Origin: the human T2T-CHM13v2.0 reference genome, Homo sapiens
Assembly: GCF_009914755.1 (NCBI RefSeq)
Contig: NC_060934.1
Reading direction: 5' to 3' (one strand)
DNA: 64,000 nucleotides
Positions within the stretch are counted from its first letter, which is position 1. Every line of letters starts with the position of its first letter. Shown one piece after another: positions 43,373-58,479 of the stretch. The translations under genes and the position numbers were made by a program. Below the pieces are notes generated by a model, which searched no databases, had not been told where the DNA came from, and saw only the letters and a list, made by a program, of their open reading frames with translations.

Positions 43373-43495
43373 AAAGAAAGAAAAAAAAAGAAAGAGGAAG
43401 GAAGGAGGGAGGAAGGGAGGGAATAAAAAGAGAGAAAGAAAGTGAAAAGAAAGAATAAGAGAGAGAGAGGAAGGAAAGAAGGTAAGAAAGGAAAC
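43373..43495. repeat. GA-rich low-complexity tract
   Basis: Mixed (GGAA/GAAA)n. Confidence 0.85.
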
Positions 43496-44325
43496 ACAGA
43501 TTCTTATTTTCCGCAATCAGCAATTTCAATCAGCAATTTCACACATATTGCCCCTGAAACTTTACACTATCCTTTGTGTTTCCTTTCCTTTTTTCTGCTC
43601 TGGAAGATGGACATTTTGCACAGTTCACCAAAGCCTCAAAACTCTAGAGTAGAAGCCCAGAGACCATATGACATCTGGAAACATAGGCATCACAAGGGAA
43701 GATAATGTACATTTCAAGGAAGCATATTATTCAAAAGGGCAAATTGTTTTCTATTCCTGCTCAGACTTGACATTCCTGAGTCTTCTAATCACATGGCTTT
43801 TGATACCCAGACTCATTATGTCAACCATCGCCCTGGTTTGTGTTGCTAAGAAATTTCTCAAATTCTAGTAAGAATAGGATGATTCAGTATTATTTGAATT
43901 CTGTTCAATTTGTACCTTCATTATAGCTTTGACTCACTTTTGATGAAGTACATTTAGCATTTTTCATTTATATGTCAACTAAATTTCCTTCTTTTAAGCC
44001 CATTTGACTTGAGTTTGTGTCTTTTGCAACAGGAAGGATATAACAAAGTTATACTATCTAGCTGCTAATTAGCTGTGTGCCTCTTGGAAGTCACAGTCAC
44101 GAAACAGATAGGCGTCTCAGTTTTCCATATATAATATAAAATGGTTGAACTAGATGGATGAATTTCATACTTTGGTTTAGGGTATACCTTCTTCTCAAAG
44201 GGAATCTTATACTGTATGTCATGCTAGTAGGTAAAACAGATAAAATAAAATGCCTTTACTGAATCAACTGGATTTATAGAAGCCTGCCCACGTGTCAATA
44301 GTTCACAACTTAAAATCACTGGATG

Positions 44326-44650
<325 letters not shown>

Positions 44651-44665
44651 AAAATCACTGGATGG

Positions 44666-45220
44666 TGTATTAGTCAGAGTTGTCTAGAGGGACAGAACAA
44701 ACAGGATATATGTATGTATGAAAGGGAGTTTATTAAGGAGAATTGACTCACAGGATCACAAGATGAAGTCCCATGATAGGCTGTCTGCAAGCTGAGGTAC
44801 AAGAGGCCAGTAGTGGCTCAGTCTGAGTCCCAAAGCCTCAAAAGTAGGGAAGTCGACAGTGCAGCTTTCAGTCTGTGGCTGCAGGCCTGAGAGTCCCTGG
44901 CAAACCACTGGTGTTAAGTCCAAGAGTCCAAAGGCCAAAGAATCTGGAGTCTGATGTTCAAGGGCGGGAAGTATCCAGCATGGGAGAAAGATGAAAGCTG
45001 GAAGACTCAGCAAGCCAGCTTATTCCACCTTCTTCGCCCTGCTTTTTCTAGCTGCCTTGGTAGCCAATTGGATAGTGCCCACCCACATTGAGGATGGGTC
45101 TTCCTCTCCTAGTCCACTGGCTCAAATGTTAATCCCCTCTGGCAGCACCCTCACAGACACACCCAGAAACAATACTTTGCATCCTTTAAGCCAATCAAAT
45201 TGACAATATTAACCATCACA
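44666..45220 (-). mobile_element. MLT2A2-like HERV-L solo LTR
   Basis: tgtattagtcag...ttaaccatcaca termini, about 555 bp, 5-bp TSD (g/a)atgg. Confidence 0.85.
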
Positions 45221-47179
45221 AATGGTATGGCCTTTAATATCTTTTCCAACGCTAATTTTCTATAATTCTGATTTTATGAGGTTTTATTAATATCCAGGTG
45301 AATGTTTCAGAATTAAGTTTGTAAAGCTTAAGCAGATGATTTAGCTAATGAGGGGATGGTGAAATAGCCACTGGTACAAGGACATTCTGGAGTTGGGAAT
45401 ATGTTTTTAAGTAAAACCCCGCTAATGTACCAGCAGCAGGACCAGAATATACAGTCTTGGTTGTAGTTATTAATTGTGTTTCATTTATAAAACATGATTG
45501 GCTGAGCAGGGAAATACCTGACATGTCCATTATTTTGTGTGTGGTTGATTGGTTTTACCAAGAGTTCTGATTGAAATGGTTGGGGACCAGTTCTTTCACC
45601 TTGCATGAAAGCAAGACCTTCATTTCTAAAATGGATTAAACCAATATGCTGAGTGATCCATTTGTTCTTTTCACATTGTATTTGGATTTCATTACTGGAG
45701 AAGTCAAAAGGCCATTTTCATTTTGGACTCTGGAAGGGTCATTTGTTACTCATGTTTTTATTTCCCTGTTCTTAGTTTTGATGATGAGGAAGAAAAAAGA
45801 GAATGGTAGTAGTGTTTGATTAGTCTCACCATGAATTTATTATTTTCTGACTATGCCTGCTGGGCTTTAGACTCTAATTGTATCTGTCAACATGGTAAAA
45901 ATCATTTTGGATTAAGACCGCAGTAGACTGTTTAAGACTGCCATTTCAGAGAAGGAAACTAAGTCTTTGGAAACCTTTCTAAAGCTTAAGACATCAGAAG
46001 TCCCATGAAGGACCATAGACACAGTTTAGTAAAGAAAATAATTACTCGCATAGAAAAGTAAAAAAGAGAAGAAACAATTTCCATGACTTATTATGTTTAT
46101 GGATTAACCTTGGCCACAGCTCTAAAAGTGATAATAATAAAAATAGTGATAATGATTTTAATAACTCAGAAGTTTCATCTACCTAGGCTATCATATTGAC
46201 TATTTTGATTTCAAATAATGGCAGCAGCATTTTGTTCCAAGAAAATAAATTAAGTTAATCTTTCTGCTACGTGTAAACAGTCTTTATTTGTTTAAATCCC
46301 ACTCTTAAAATACCACACCTAGTACAACTATAGAAAAGTACTTTATAGAAGCTTCTGGTTATTAATATTCAGAGTGGTTTTTGCTCAAAAACTTAACACT
46401 AAAGTACTTAAAAACTGTAAAAAAAAAAGTTTAGGAAAAAAATAAGCACAGTGGCAGACAGCTGAGTGAAGCCAAAGGATTCTAAAAATGCTTGCTAGAA
46501 AACAAAATGTGTAAGAACAGTACAGCTAATCTTCTCCAGGTTTATTCTTGGAACCAGAACAAAACTACCTAAAAAAGAACAATACAGTAAACTTCTTTTT
46601 ACATATTGCTTAATTTCAAAACCAGAAAGATTCAAAAGAATATTTATAGTAACTAACAATCTTCTCTTAACTTGTCTATTTTCACCTATCTTTTAACCAA
46701 GTTGAGAAAATGTAGTCATTGCTTCTGAAAAGATACTTTTCTTCTTCCTACCCCGCTCGGTACAAAAGCAAAACTGTTATGGTGTTTTCTTGACTTGAAA
46801 AGTGCTCTTTTATTTTTACAACTTATACTAATATTCTAAGGCCAATATTTAAAATAGATATAAGAATTTTGTAATTTTCCATCTGTGATAAATGTATGTC
46901 ATTTTGCATATTTAATATTATAAAATAAAACATCTTTAAATGTCATGAAAAATATTTTGTTAGTAGCCAGTTTGCTCATCTTTGTACATTTTATACCTTA
47001 AAAAAATTTGCCACGGGATATTACATGTTAACCTATCATGAAATACATGTTGCTTCATGAAAACACTTCAAAAGCACTCCTTTGGTTTTGCCTTATGGTG
47101 AAATACAAAATAGACTTATGGAGAGGATATATGTATGATATATTTTATTATTCTATATATGATATATTCCTAGTAAACA

Positions 47180-47635
47180 AACATGTAATATATGCATATT
47201 ATATACCAAACATTGATCTAGAGTCTGGAAATAAAACAGTGAACTAAACAGACAAATGTTCTTTTCCCAATAGAACTTATATCCTGGCAGAGGACACAGA
47301 AAACAAGCAAACAAGTAAAACACATAGTATGTCAGAGGAAGAGGAAGGTAAGGGCTATGGAGAGGAAAAGCAAACACAGTGGTCAAAATTATAAGAGCAA
47401 AGTGTGGGAATTGCCATATAAAATGGAATGGTCAAGGAAGGCCTTGTTGGTATGCAGGCTAAGAGAGAAAAACATTCCTATGTGCGTGATTATTGTCTTG
47501 TCTCCTCTATGACACCAAAAGCTCCAAAAAAAGCAGTGTTCTATCTGTTTTTATGTACTGCAAAATTTTCAAGGTCTGTCACAGTAACAGAAATAGAAGT
47601 GCTTAGAATTTGTGTAATGGATGAAAATAACCTCA
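47180..47635. mobile_element. L2 fragments (minus then plus)
   Basis: aaacagtgaactaaacagacaaa..gaacttatatcctgg..ggtcaaggaaggcct; later tctatctgtttt..agaagtgcttag..atggatgaa. Confidence 0.6.
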
Positions 47636-47883
47636 TATAATAAAGTCTAGAATACCCACCTGTGGAAAAAAAGGGCATTAAGAAACACAAAGAACAAAAA
47701 TAATCTACAGGAAGAGTTAATGTAATAAATAAATAGTTAACAAATATTACAGATCGAAGTCATTGCAAGAATTTTCAGCAAACTGAAGGGAAGCCTCTCT
47801 AGTCAAGCATATTATTTAATGTAACAAAAAATTAATGAGGTGTTTTCAGAATAGAATTTCCTAAACTGTGTTATATAGAACAC

Positions 47884-48602
<719 letters not shown>

Positions 48603-48817
48603 AACACTTAGACTTTGTGATATTCCATTAAAACATATTTTCTTTAACTATCAACTCAATATTAGCAGGTTCTGAGTCCATCATTGACATAACTGGAGTC
48701 ACTAAATCTAGGACAGTGTTCTTCACATAGCAAACTCTGGATGAATATTTGTCAAACAAGGAAAAAAGAGTAAATTAGTTTCTTTACTGTAAAGCTACTC
48801 AGAAACTTATAATACAC

Positions 48818-48895
48818 ATTGTAAATTTCCAAATGGAGAATAGCATTGTAAATTCCCAAATGGAGAATAATATTGTATATTTCCAAATGGAGAAT
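48818..48895. repeat. 27-bp tandem repeat, about 3 copies
   Basis: attgtaaatttccaaatggagaata(gc/at) at 48818, 48845, 48872. Confidence 0.9.
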
Positions 48896-48924
48896 GAAGA
48901 ATTTTTATATTACATCTTCTTCTA

Positions 48925-49415
48925 TTGCATGTGAAAGAAAGTCAGTCAACTATGCTTAGACAAAAGAGGAATCTTTTGGCTCACAAGTAAAAAGTTCAGT
49001 AATAATTTTGGATTTAGGCTTGGTTTAATGTAAACATGTGTTTAATAACTCATGTAATTTTATTCAGGCTCTCTCTCTCTCGATTTATTTGTTATGGTCT
49101 GTTGCTTACAGATGTTTTCTGAATGATGACCATTGACAAGTTTTGGCTTATTTCATTCACAGTTATTCCAGTAGGAAAGAAAATGTCTTTCTTGCTTACT
49201 TGTCAAAGAAAACAAATCTTAAAATTAGCCTTGATTGTCCTGGCTATGAGTGTGTACTAATTCTTAAATCAATCACTATGATAGAGAATGTGTTAAATTT
49301 TTTGGTCAGGTCTAGATCCCATGCTGCCCTTCGACACTGGGAGCAGGGTAGTTCTTCAAACAAAAATGAGTACTCTTACCCAAAAAGGAAGAAATCAATG
49401 CTGGATGCAAAACAC
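48925..49415 (-). mobile_element. MLT1J/K-like LTR relic
   Basis: gcttagacaaaagaggaat..ttggctcac, ctgattg-like and aatcaatcact motifs, gctggatgcaaaa end. Confidence 0.5.
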
Positions 49416-49679
49416 AATCATGCATTAAAATCTGATCATATCACTATTGTGCTTTCTAAATTAAAATCTAACCATATTATACCATGTTTCATTTCATTTT
49501 TTTGATAATTACCCACTTTTAAAATCAGAGTTTCTCACACTAAGCATCCACAGAAAATTGCAATTCCTCTGTTTATGAAGTAAAAAGAATATTCCTGAGA
49601 GATGAACCATTAGCATTCCCAGCAATGCTGAAGGTGGTGGAGGATCTGAGCAGTGTTGCACAGCCTCCACTATTAGGCA

Positions 49680-49790
49680 GGTGTCTATATGTATATGTAT
49701 GTTTGTGTGTATATATATATGTGTGTGTGTGTGTGTGTATGTTTGCATGTGTGTGCCTGTGTGTGTATCTGGATATGCATGTGTGTTGTG
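49680..49790. repeat. Compound TG/TA microsatellite
   Basis: Alternating purine-pyrimidine tract. Confidence 0.9.
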
Positions 49791-49901
49791 GGGTGGGGGG
49801 AGCATTTTGTTCTACTCTATTTTCATTCTGTTTTCAGGTGAGGACCATAGGCCAGGTGGACAAGAATAAAGAATCAATAATGGCTATTGGCTGCAGAAGT
49901 G

Positions 49902-49990
49902 CCCTTCCTTCCTTCCTTCCTTCCCTCTCTTTTTCCCTCACTCCCTTCTTTCCTTCCCTCCCTCCCTCCCTCCCTTCCTTCCTTCCTTTT
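49902..49990. repeat. (CCTT/CCCT)n tract followed by MIR 3' part (to ~50090)
   Basis: Polypyrimidine repeat; then attaaa..catgtaaagcccttagaacag..catagtaagtg. Confidence 0.8.
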
Positions 49991-51319
49991 TTTCCCTGCT
50001 GAGAGATCATGAGCATTAAATAAACTAATTACATGTAAAGCCCTTAGAACAGCATGAATCACATAGTAAGTGTTTCATAAATGTTAATGATGATGATAAT
50101 GATTATTCATCTAATGCATTTCATTCTTCTTGCGTGTTTCATAGAGTGGCTTCTAAAGCTTTTTGTTTAAAAATGTCAGCTTCTAATATAGTTCCAGTGC
50201 TATTTAAATGCATGTGTCATTGATATTAAACTGCTAGGGAAACTTTTTGAAAGTCCACACTGAGAAAAATGCAGCAGAAGGCAATGAACACAACAAAGCA
50301 TCATATACTTATGGGCCAGTCTTTCTTGTATACTTTCTTCTCTCTGCCTAGAATGGCACTTTCTCCACATTCTTTTTCTTGTTTCCTTGAAGACCAGCTC
50401 AAATACCAGCCTACTACAGAGGTAAACTGCTTTATATTTGCCTCTGTAGCATCTTAACATGACTGGATTATATCTCTAACACTCTTGTGATCATTTGTAT
50501 ATTTTGCATATGTTGCTTCCTTCACTAGTGTGCATGTGTGCACTCACATATATTTTTGATCATATGAATATGTGTATATATATACATCTATGACCAAAAA
50601 TATATAATGTATTCAATAATGTCATGATTAAGTGGTATATTTAATGGAATCTCATATATGTTCGGAGAATATGAATTAAGTAAAAGATAATTAGAAAGAT
50701 TAAAATCTGTCATCAATAATATATGATGCTTTCAAAAGTCATAAAACCTGGCTGAGTTATCTGTTCTTTTGCATTATCTGTATTACTCTTCTCCCCTATT
50801 CATGAAATAACCTGGAGTGACTTTAATTATACAGGAGTGTATTACATTCTTCTATGTACACATACTTTAAAAGTTTACAAAAGATTCTCCTATAAGGAAT
50901 ATTATATGGATATGGTTCCTGCTTTTTAGGGTTGTCTTATCATTTTAAAGTGCCATAATTGGAGTAGTCACAGAAAATAAAATTTGTCATAAAAGCAGGT
51001 GATAAAACACACTATAAATATGTATATTTATATTTTTATATGTGTATATATACATACATGATGATGATACTTCATTGGGATAAATGATGTGATTAAAAAG
51101 ATCAAAGTTTTAGAAAATACTGATAATATTTTCTCTATAAAAACTTAATTTATCTTTGAAATTGTCTTGACACTGTCTACTTTTCTCTATTTCCACTGAT
51201 GCTGCATATTCAAATGCTTATTTTTTTTATTCTGCACACTGCCACAGCCTTTTCTACCTTGTTATCCCCACTGGATAATTCATCCTTCACTCTGCTGCAA
51301 ATGACATTTTAAAATAGAC

Positions 51320-52350
51320 ACAAGGTCCAGCTATGATGGAGTAAATTGGACTTGCTTTCCACTGTAAACAACTAGAAAATTGCACAAAATATGTAATAAA
51401 ACATGTTTTCAGACACCGGGCACTAGGCAGCATAGGACTGCCATCCTGATGGAGGGGAAACAAATAAGATTGCCCTAGATTTCAACTGGAGGTACTTTCC
51501 AGAGAGTGGTATAGTAAGACGAATCAAAAGCAAAGCACTAAGTTTTTTATTTATATTTAATTCAAAAGATAACAAAGTCTGAGGAGGTTAAGGAAGAAGT
51601 AAATTGTAGGGCAGAATAATAGAGAAGAAACTCTAAATAGGAATGTTGCAGAAACCCACGTGGGATTTCCTACAGTCATTACTGTATATCAAACTGCATA
51701 TGCAACAGGTGAAACTTTGTGAAGCTGAGCAGGAAACAACTTTGGAAATGAAAGTTTAAAAATTACCAGAACCCGCAAGGGCTGTGGGATTTTTGAGTTC
51801 AAGTCATTTAAAATGGAGAAAATTTGACCATCTGGTGCATTCAGTAGAGCTCAAATGAGGGTCATAGTTAAGCAGTATGGTTGAACATGCTCCAGTGAAG
51901 ATGAAAAACAAGGCTTTAAAAGGGTTAATCTTACCCTTAAGAAAGTTAACTGTCTACCATAAAAAAGGCATCTAACACTTTTTTAAAAAAGAAAAAATAA
52001 CTCAACACTCAATATTGTAAGATTCACAATAACTAGCATCCAATAAAAATATTAAACAATAGAAGATTTGATTTATAATGAGAAAAATAAATCAATAAAA
52101 ATAAATAAATCAATCAAAAAATAAATCAATAAAAATAGTTCCAGAAATAACAGAGATAATAGAACTGGAATGTGAAAGATGTAAGTTAGCTGCTATATGT
52201 ATTCTAAATATGCTCAGGGATTTGAAGAAAACATGAACATAATGAGAAAAGAAATGAAAGATGTAAAAAAAATGAGACTTGTCAAGACAAAATATTTATT
52301 ATTTAAAAATGAAAAATTCATGATTAAACTATAAGAAGATGAGGTACTGC

Positions 52351-52404
<54 letters not shown>

Positions 52405-53150
52405 CAACAATAAAAGATCTGTTAACTTTAATCAATACAGTAGTAAAACCACCCAAACTGAAGTATAAGGAGAGGCAGAAATAAACATGAACAGATCTTC
52501 AGTGACCTGTATGACAATATTAAGCAGTATAACATAGTATAAGTGGGGATACATTAAACTATTTGAAATAATAATGACCGAAAATTTCCTAATTTGATGA
52601 AAACAATAAACCCATATATCCAAGGAGTCATATGAACCTGATGTATAATAGTATAAACCCGAAGACAAACTTCTAGACACATCACAATTAAAATTTCTGA
52701 AAACAATGCCTTTTGTTGCCTTAAACACAATGGACAGATTTTGTAGAGAAGAAACAGAAAAATGATCACAGATTTCCCTCAGAAACTATGCTAGCCAGTT
52801 AATAATGGGATAAGAAAATGAAATATCTAAAATCTACACAATTAACCCAAAAGAAATAAAAACATGAGAAAGCGAGAGACACAGTACAATGGGACATGTA
52901 GCAAGTAATAACAAGATGGTAGATTTGAACTCAAACATATCAATAATTAATTAAAATGTTAATGGTTTAAACACTCTAATTAGAAGGCAGAAATAACACG
53001 ATTGGATGAAAAAGCAATATCCAATTACATGCTGTTTACAAGAAACCCACTTTAATATAAAGATACAAATAAGTAAAATAAATGGGTGGAAATGATATAC
53101 CCTACAAGTACTTAAAAAAACTGTAAAGATTGTATTATGATTAGACAAAG
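51320..53150 (+). mobile_element. Old L1M 5' UTR, ORF1 and ORF2 endonuclease remnant
   Basis: gaaaatttcctaatttgatgaaaac ORF1 motif; 52950-53050 translates NVNGLN..CCLQETH (L1 endonuclease motif). Confidence 0.8.
52354..52400. repeat. (CA)n microsatellite
   Basis: About 23 CA units. Confidence 0.97.
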
Positions 53151-54800
53151 TTCCCTGCTATTCACTGGGAAATTTTATCATGAATCAGTGCAGTTTTTCA
53201 CCAAGGGCTTTTTCTATACCTAAATATGGCCAGTTGATCTCCAACCAAAATGTCAAGGTAGTTCAAAGAGAAAGTTAGAGTTCTCAACAAATATTGTTAG
53301 TAGAACTAGATATTCATATAGAAAAGAATAAACATTTTCCCTTACTTTATGCCATATACAAATTCAAAATGAATCATAGATAAAAATATAAAAGTTAAAA
53401 TGTTAAAGTCTTTTTAGGAAAACATAAAAGAAATTATGAAGGGTGAGGTGCCTTGTTCTAATCTGGTGAAAATAAAAGTCTAGTCTCCTCATTTGGCTTT
53501 TTCTGTTGTGGATGGAGGTGGGGCCATTGTTTCTTGTTGTGGTGTCTCTGTTGCTTTGGCAGGCTTTTTGGAAGACGTCAGTTTGCACGCATTGGCTTTC
53601 TGAGTTGTTAGTTCTACCAACACCCTGTCTAGCATTTATGAGGCAAAAAGAAAATCCAAGGATCTTATCACTGTATTGTTTCTCACATCCTGCACTCCCT
53701 AGTCAGTCTGATTTCTTCTTTCCATCTTTCACAGTCTTTTCATATTTGTTTTATTTATAATAGTCTGACTTTTTGGCTGTGTTCAGTAAAACAAATATGA
53801 AAAAATTATGTCCACAACATCTTCCTAGAAGTAGACTTCCCACAGATAATATTTTAGTATTTGTGTTCTTTTCTGTAGCCAAAGTTTATAATTTTAAACT
53901 GTTATTTATATATTTACATATCTAAGTAAATTCAGTGCCTGTCACTGGTTCTTATGTCCTAGATTCTTCCATTGTTTAGTTGTTTATATTTCTTTCAACA
54001 GGTAGTATTTGCATTTTTCCACTAAGGTTGATGAGCACACTATTTTGGAGGCTTATGTGTATTGCAAATGAATAATTTCTTTATATTTGAAGTGTAGTTT
54101 TACTCATTATACAGCCCTCAAATGACATTTCCTTTCCTTCAGAACTCTGTAGACTTGTTTCATTTGTAAATATTCCTCTGGAATCATTTAAAACTAGTTT
54201 GATTTTCTTCGTTCTGTCTAACTTGTGTTTCTATCTGGGTGCTAATAGCATTCTTTTAAATATTATTTTTCAACATCACTTTGATGTCTTTGTGTTGATC
54301 GTTTTGTTTCAAATTTTCTTAAGACTTAATGTGCTATTTCAGTCTAAAGTTCCAAGTCTTTTTAAAATTCAAGTAAGTTCCTTGTCTTTTCAAAGTCCCT
54401 ATCCTTCATGTTCCTATATTTCCTGTCAAATTTTTTCTTTTTCTCCAGGAATACTGGTCATGCATACGTTTGATCTCCTTAGGTATTTCATACCTATCTT
54501 ATTCTTTTAATTCTTTTAATTTTTTTGTTATTTACTTTCAGACTTCATATTTTTTTCCAAGCCTGTCTTTCATCCCCTGACAATATTTTTGCAATATATA
54601 TGAATTTTTTGACTTTAAATTATTTGTCATATTTTTTATCTCCTACTTTTGTCTAATGTCTTCTTTTTTCAATAAATATGTTGTTTGACTTTTGTTTATA
54701 ATCAATGATTTTAACTTTTATAATTTACAGAAAATTTATCCAAATTATCTCATGTTTCCTCCATTTCCTTTTAAGGCAGATATTCCTCATGTGTACTTTT
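53150..54800. mobile_element. Patchwork of old L1 fragments in both orientations
   Basis: ORF2 piece ctcaacaaatattgttag..atgccatatacaaattcaaaatg (+); L1MC 3' UTR and ORF1-like T-rich pieces (-). Confidence 0.5.
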
Positions 54801-54846
54801 TTTTAGTTCTTTCAAATTATTAAATCAAGGAAGGCTTTTCTTCCTG

Positions 54847-55001
54847 AATAATTCTATGGGGGAGGATATAGGGAAGTGCTGTCTAGATATTAGAATGTTA
54901 GAATCAGGTGTGTGGTATAGTATAATAATTCTATGGGGGAGGATATAGGGAAGTGCTGTCTAGATATTAGAATGTTAGAATCAGGTGTGTGGTATAGTAT
55001 A
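54847..55001. repeat. Perfect 77-bp tandem duplication
   Basis: 54847-54923 is identical to 54924-55000. Confidence 0.97.
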
Positions 55002-58000
55002 CCCTCTTATATGTCTGTTATGACTTAAGTCCTGGTAGTTAAACTCAGTCTTTGACTTACAACAGTTAAGTCAGGACCACAGTGAAGAATGAAGACTCCG
55101 GTAAGCTGGGTATCACCACATTTTTCTCTGTCTTTCTCCTCTCTTTACTTATAGCAATCCCCCACAGATGTTTAATGTGTGATGATAATCTAGAAACATC
55201 AGAAAATAATATTTATATATAATTGCCATTTACAACTTGAAACATAAAAATTGAGAAACTCAGTTGAATTGAAATTGAAATTCAATTGAATAGTCATGTG
55301 TTTCAGGATATTTCAGAATTTGGAAACATAAAGACAGATACCTGGGTGCCTGCTAAAATTTTCATCTGAATATTATATCAACTAGAGTGTGTGGTTCAAT
55401 AATCTATTATTTTTCTTAAGAATATATTAAAACTACATTCTTACAAATATATTCTTCATGTTAGGAATAAGAAGTCAATGTCCTTAAATGTGGGCACTTT
55501 GATTAGTATTCTTTTCAGGGTAGTTGAAGAAAATGTATTTATAGCAATTATTATAAGACATAAAAACTATATCTTATTTAGTTTAATCAGCTAGACCCAA
55601 GCTTATAAATTTTGTAAAGAGAGGTCATTTTCTCTGCAAGAAATTGAGTCATTCATCAGAGCGGGAGAGGCAGTTCCCATAATATCTGTTAGATTTGTTC
55701 AGCTACTAGTTGTTTAAAAAATATAACATCAAGAAATATATCTAACAAACTGTAATATTGTGATTGAAACCACTGAGTTTCTGTTCAATTTGTCTTCCCT
55801 GAATACTAGCCTCACTTTTCACAGGTGTAGTCTCCACGCAGTCATGTTTCATCTGACTTTAGTTTAGTTATCAAGAGTGAAAACCCGATCAAACTTGGCC
55901 CAAACAAATGTGCATTCTCAGGATTCTGCAATCAATTTAATATAGATGTGAAAGCTGAGGAGCAGCGATACAGCTATATACTTTCATGTACAAAGCAGAG
56001 CTACAGAGAGACCAGAGATGAGAGGAGGAGAAAAAACATCCCCTGGATTCTTACACTGTTCTTGGCTCCTTTTCTTTTCTGAAGCCCAGACACAGTCTAG
56101 ACAGGTTACTTGAGTCCAGTATGTCTTTATAATAGGAATATATTTCCTTATAATTGCCTTGTAGAAAATAAACCTCATACTTTTCTCTCTATTTTCTTTT
56201 TGCCTCCTCCTCCTCCTTCTCCTCTTTCTTCTTTGAACAAGCGGGGGTTGGTTCTGTTATTTTCAACCTGCATCCTAATTAATATAATGTCCACGCATTT
56301 TTAAAAAATATAAAATGAACTTGTTACTTTTGCTAAGCAAGGAAATAACAATTAAAAGCATTATAAAACAGTTTTGAGATTTGCATTTGAGAGTTTCTCT
56401 TTGATAAGAACAGATCTGGGCAGGGAAGAGTAGAAAAATATAACGTAATTATTTTTTACAAGCACAGAGAAGTGTTTTGCTTATCTAAGTCAGAACCAGC
56501 CATTCCAATGGCTTGTATGATTTAAATAAATTCATTATTTAAAGTAATACTGGGTAATGTGTCATAAGTCCATTTGTTATGCTTTTGGATGTTTTATAAT
56601 ATCAGTTCTCTCCTCTACCCTCTACCCTTTAACACCAAGATTACTGAAGTTCCTTAAAACCATACTTGGGGGGCCCTCGACTACTCTTTTATGTTGGAAC
56701 AGAGAGAAGACTTTTCCATTTTTATGGAGGTAAAGAACCATTTTGGTTTTATTCTATTTTCCTCAGATGTTCAGAAATCTATAAGATTTCCTCGAGGGTA
56801 TTCACATTTACCAGTAAGAATGTGAAATCCTCAGGGGAAATCTTCTTAATAAGACTCGTTTGATATCAGACCTGAAATCCTCCCTTAAGAATTTCTTCTC
56901 AGAGAGACTGGACAAAAAATTTTTGTACTTTTCCATGGATTGAGCCATCGCAATTTTTTTTCCTATAGTGGGGAGTGTTAATTTATATTATTTTTCTCTA
57001 AGTAGTTAAACATTAGTTTTAGTATCTTTTCCCATTGACTATCAATGCCTCCATTTGTATACAGCAAATTATTATATGCACTGGATCTAATTTATTCTGT
57101 TGTATTTTTCTCTCTGTACATTGCAATGCCAGTAGCCATCATAATTCTTTGATGAGTCCCAGTATTGATCCCAGCAGTTATCACCTTTTTGAGTAGCTGA
57201 CAAGAACGTCTTCCATGTGCTCTTTTTGCAGTGTTATTCATTTCAGTGTCTTTCTAGGAAGAGTTTGAAGTTCAGGGGTGACACTTTATAACATACTCTA
57301 GTCACCTTCTACTTGTTCATTTGTATGGGGTAACTTGACTCTTGTTTACACAAATATTTGGTGATGTCTCATTAGTCACGAAACTATACTTGGAATACAA
57401 TATCATTGATAATCAGACTTCTCTTTTAACTTTTAATTAACAATATCCAGCACATATATTATGACACTTCCATTACCGAAAACTTCATACATTCTTTTGA
57501 TTCTGCAGTCCCTTAATCAGACTGCCAATTACCTTTACCTGACATGTTTCCCTTCAGTAAGCTAGAATGTATGTCTGAATTATATGTGAATTCTGTCACT
57601 TCAGATTTATTCCCTTTTTCACCTGAATAGTATGTCTTTTGATAATGTTGAGTCTTCATCTCTTCTTATTTTCGTAAAGGAATTTCTATGTTAGGCTTTT
57701 TAGTTAAGGTTTTTCCTCCTAGGCTACCTCTATTTCTGTCACTTAACTTCTTGTCTCAAGCAATATGGCTACTGATTTTTTTCTCCTTTAGTCCAGACTA
57801 TCGTTTAAAAAAATCTCAGTATTCTATGTTGTGGAGATACGTTTTTACTGACTGTATTAGTGCTGGGTAATTTCTATTTTTTAGTAGCAACAATAACAAC
57901 AACAAAGAACAAAAAAAAACCTGAAAAAAAAAAGCCTTTCTACTTTTTAGGCCACATTAATCTCCAGTTGCCTCTGGTAAATATTTAACTGGTTAAATTG

Positions 58001-58479
58001 TCATAGAAAAGTGTTATTATTTTAATATTAGAATGAGAGAACATTTAGTATTCTCAACCTTCAGTATAGAGAGGCAGAATGCTGCCTTAAACAAGCTTTA
58101 TTTCGGATTGTCCATGTTACAAATGATACCAGTATATATGTAAAGGCTCAATTAATTTTTGCTAAATAAATGCATGAATGAATATATTTTGAAAACCATC
58201 TGTGATTAATATTTAAAGAAACTGATTAATGCGTTGATTAAAAATACCTGTAACTGGTTTATAGGACCAACTTATAGAGAATTATATTGTATGTTGAAGT
58301 CTTCAAAATTGGTATTTTTGTTTTTGAACATTTGGTTTGTTTAAACATGTCAGAAAAGAACTAAGTTTCTTGTTTAGTTTTCCTCTAATTTTTGAATGAG
58401 CTGATTTTGTGATGTCATAGCAATTTCCTTTGCATACCTCAGTTGTGCTAGATGATGTTAGATGCAGGCACACTGTATA

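Noticed and set aside
49509-50062. Overlapping ORFs with VC/HT/PS repeats
   Set aside because: Translations of TG and CCTT microsatellites
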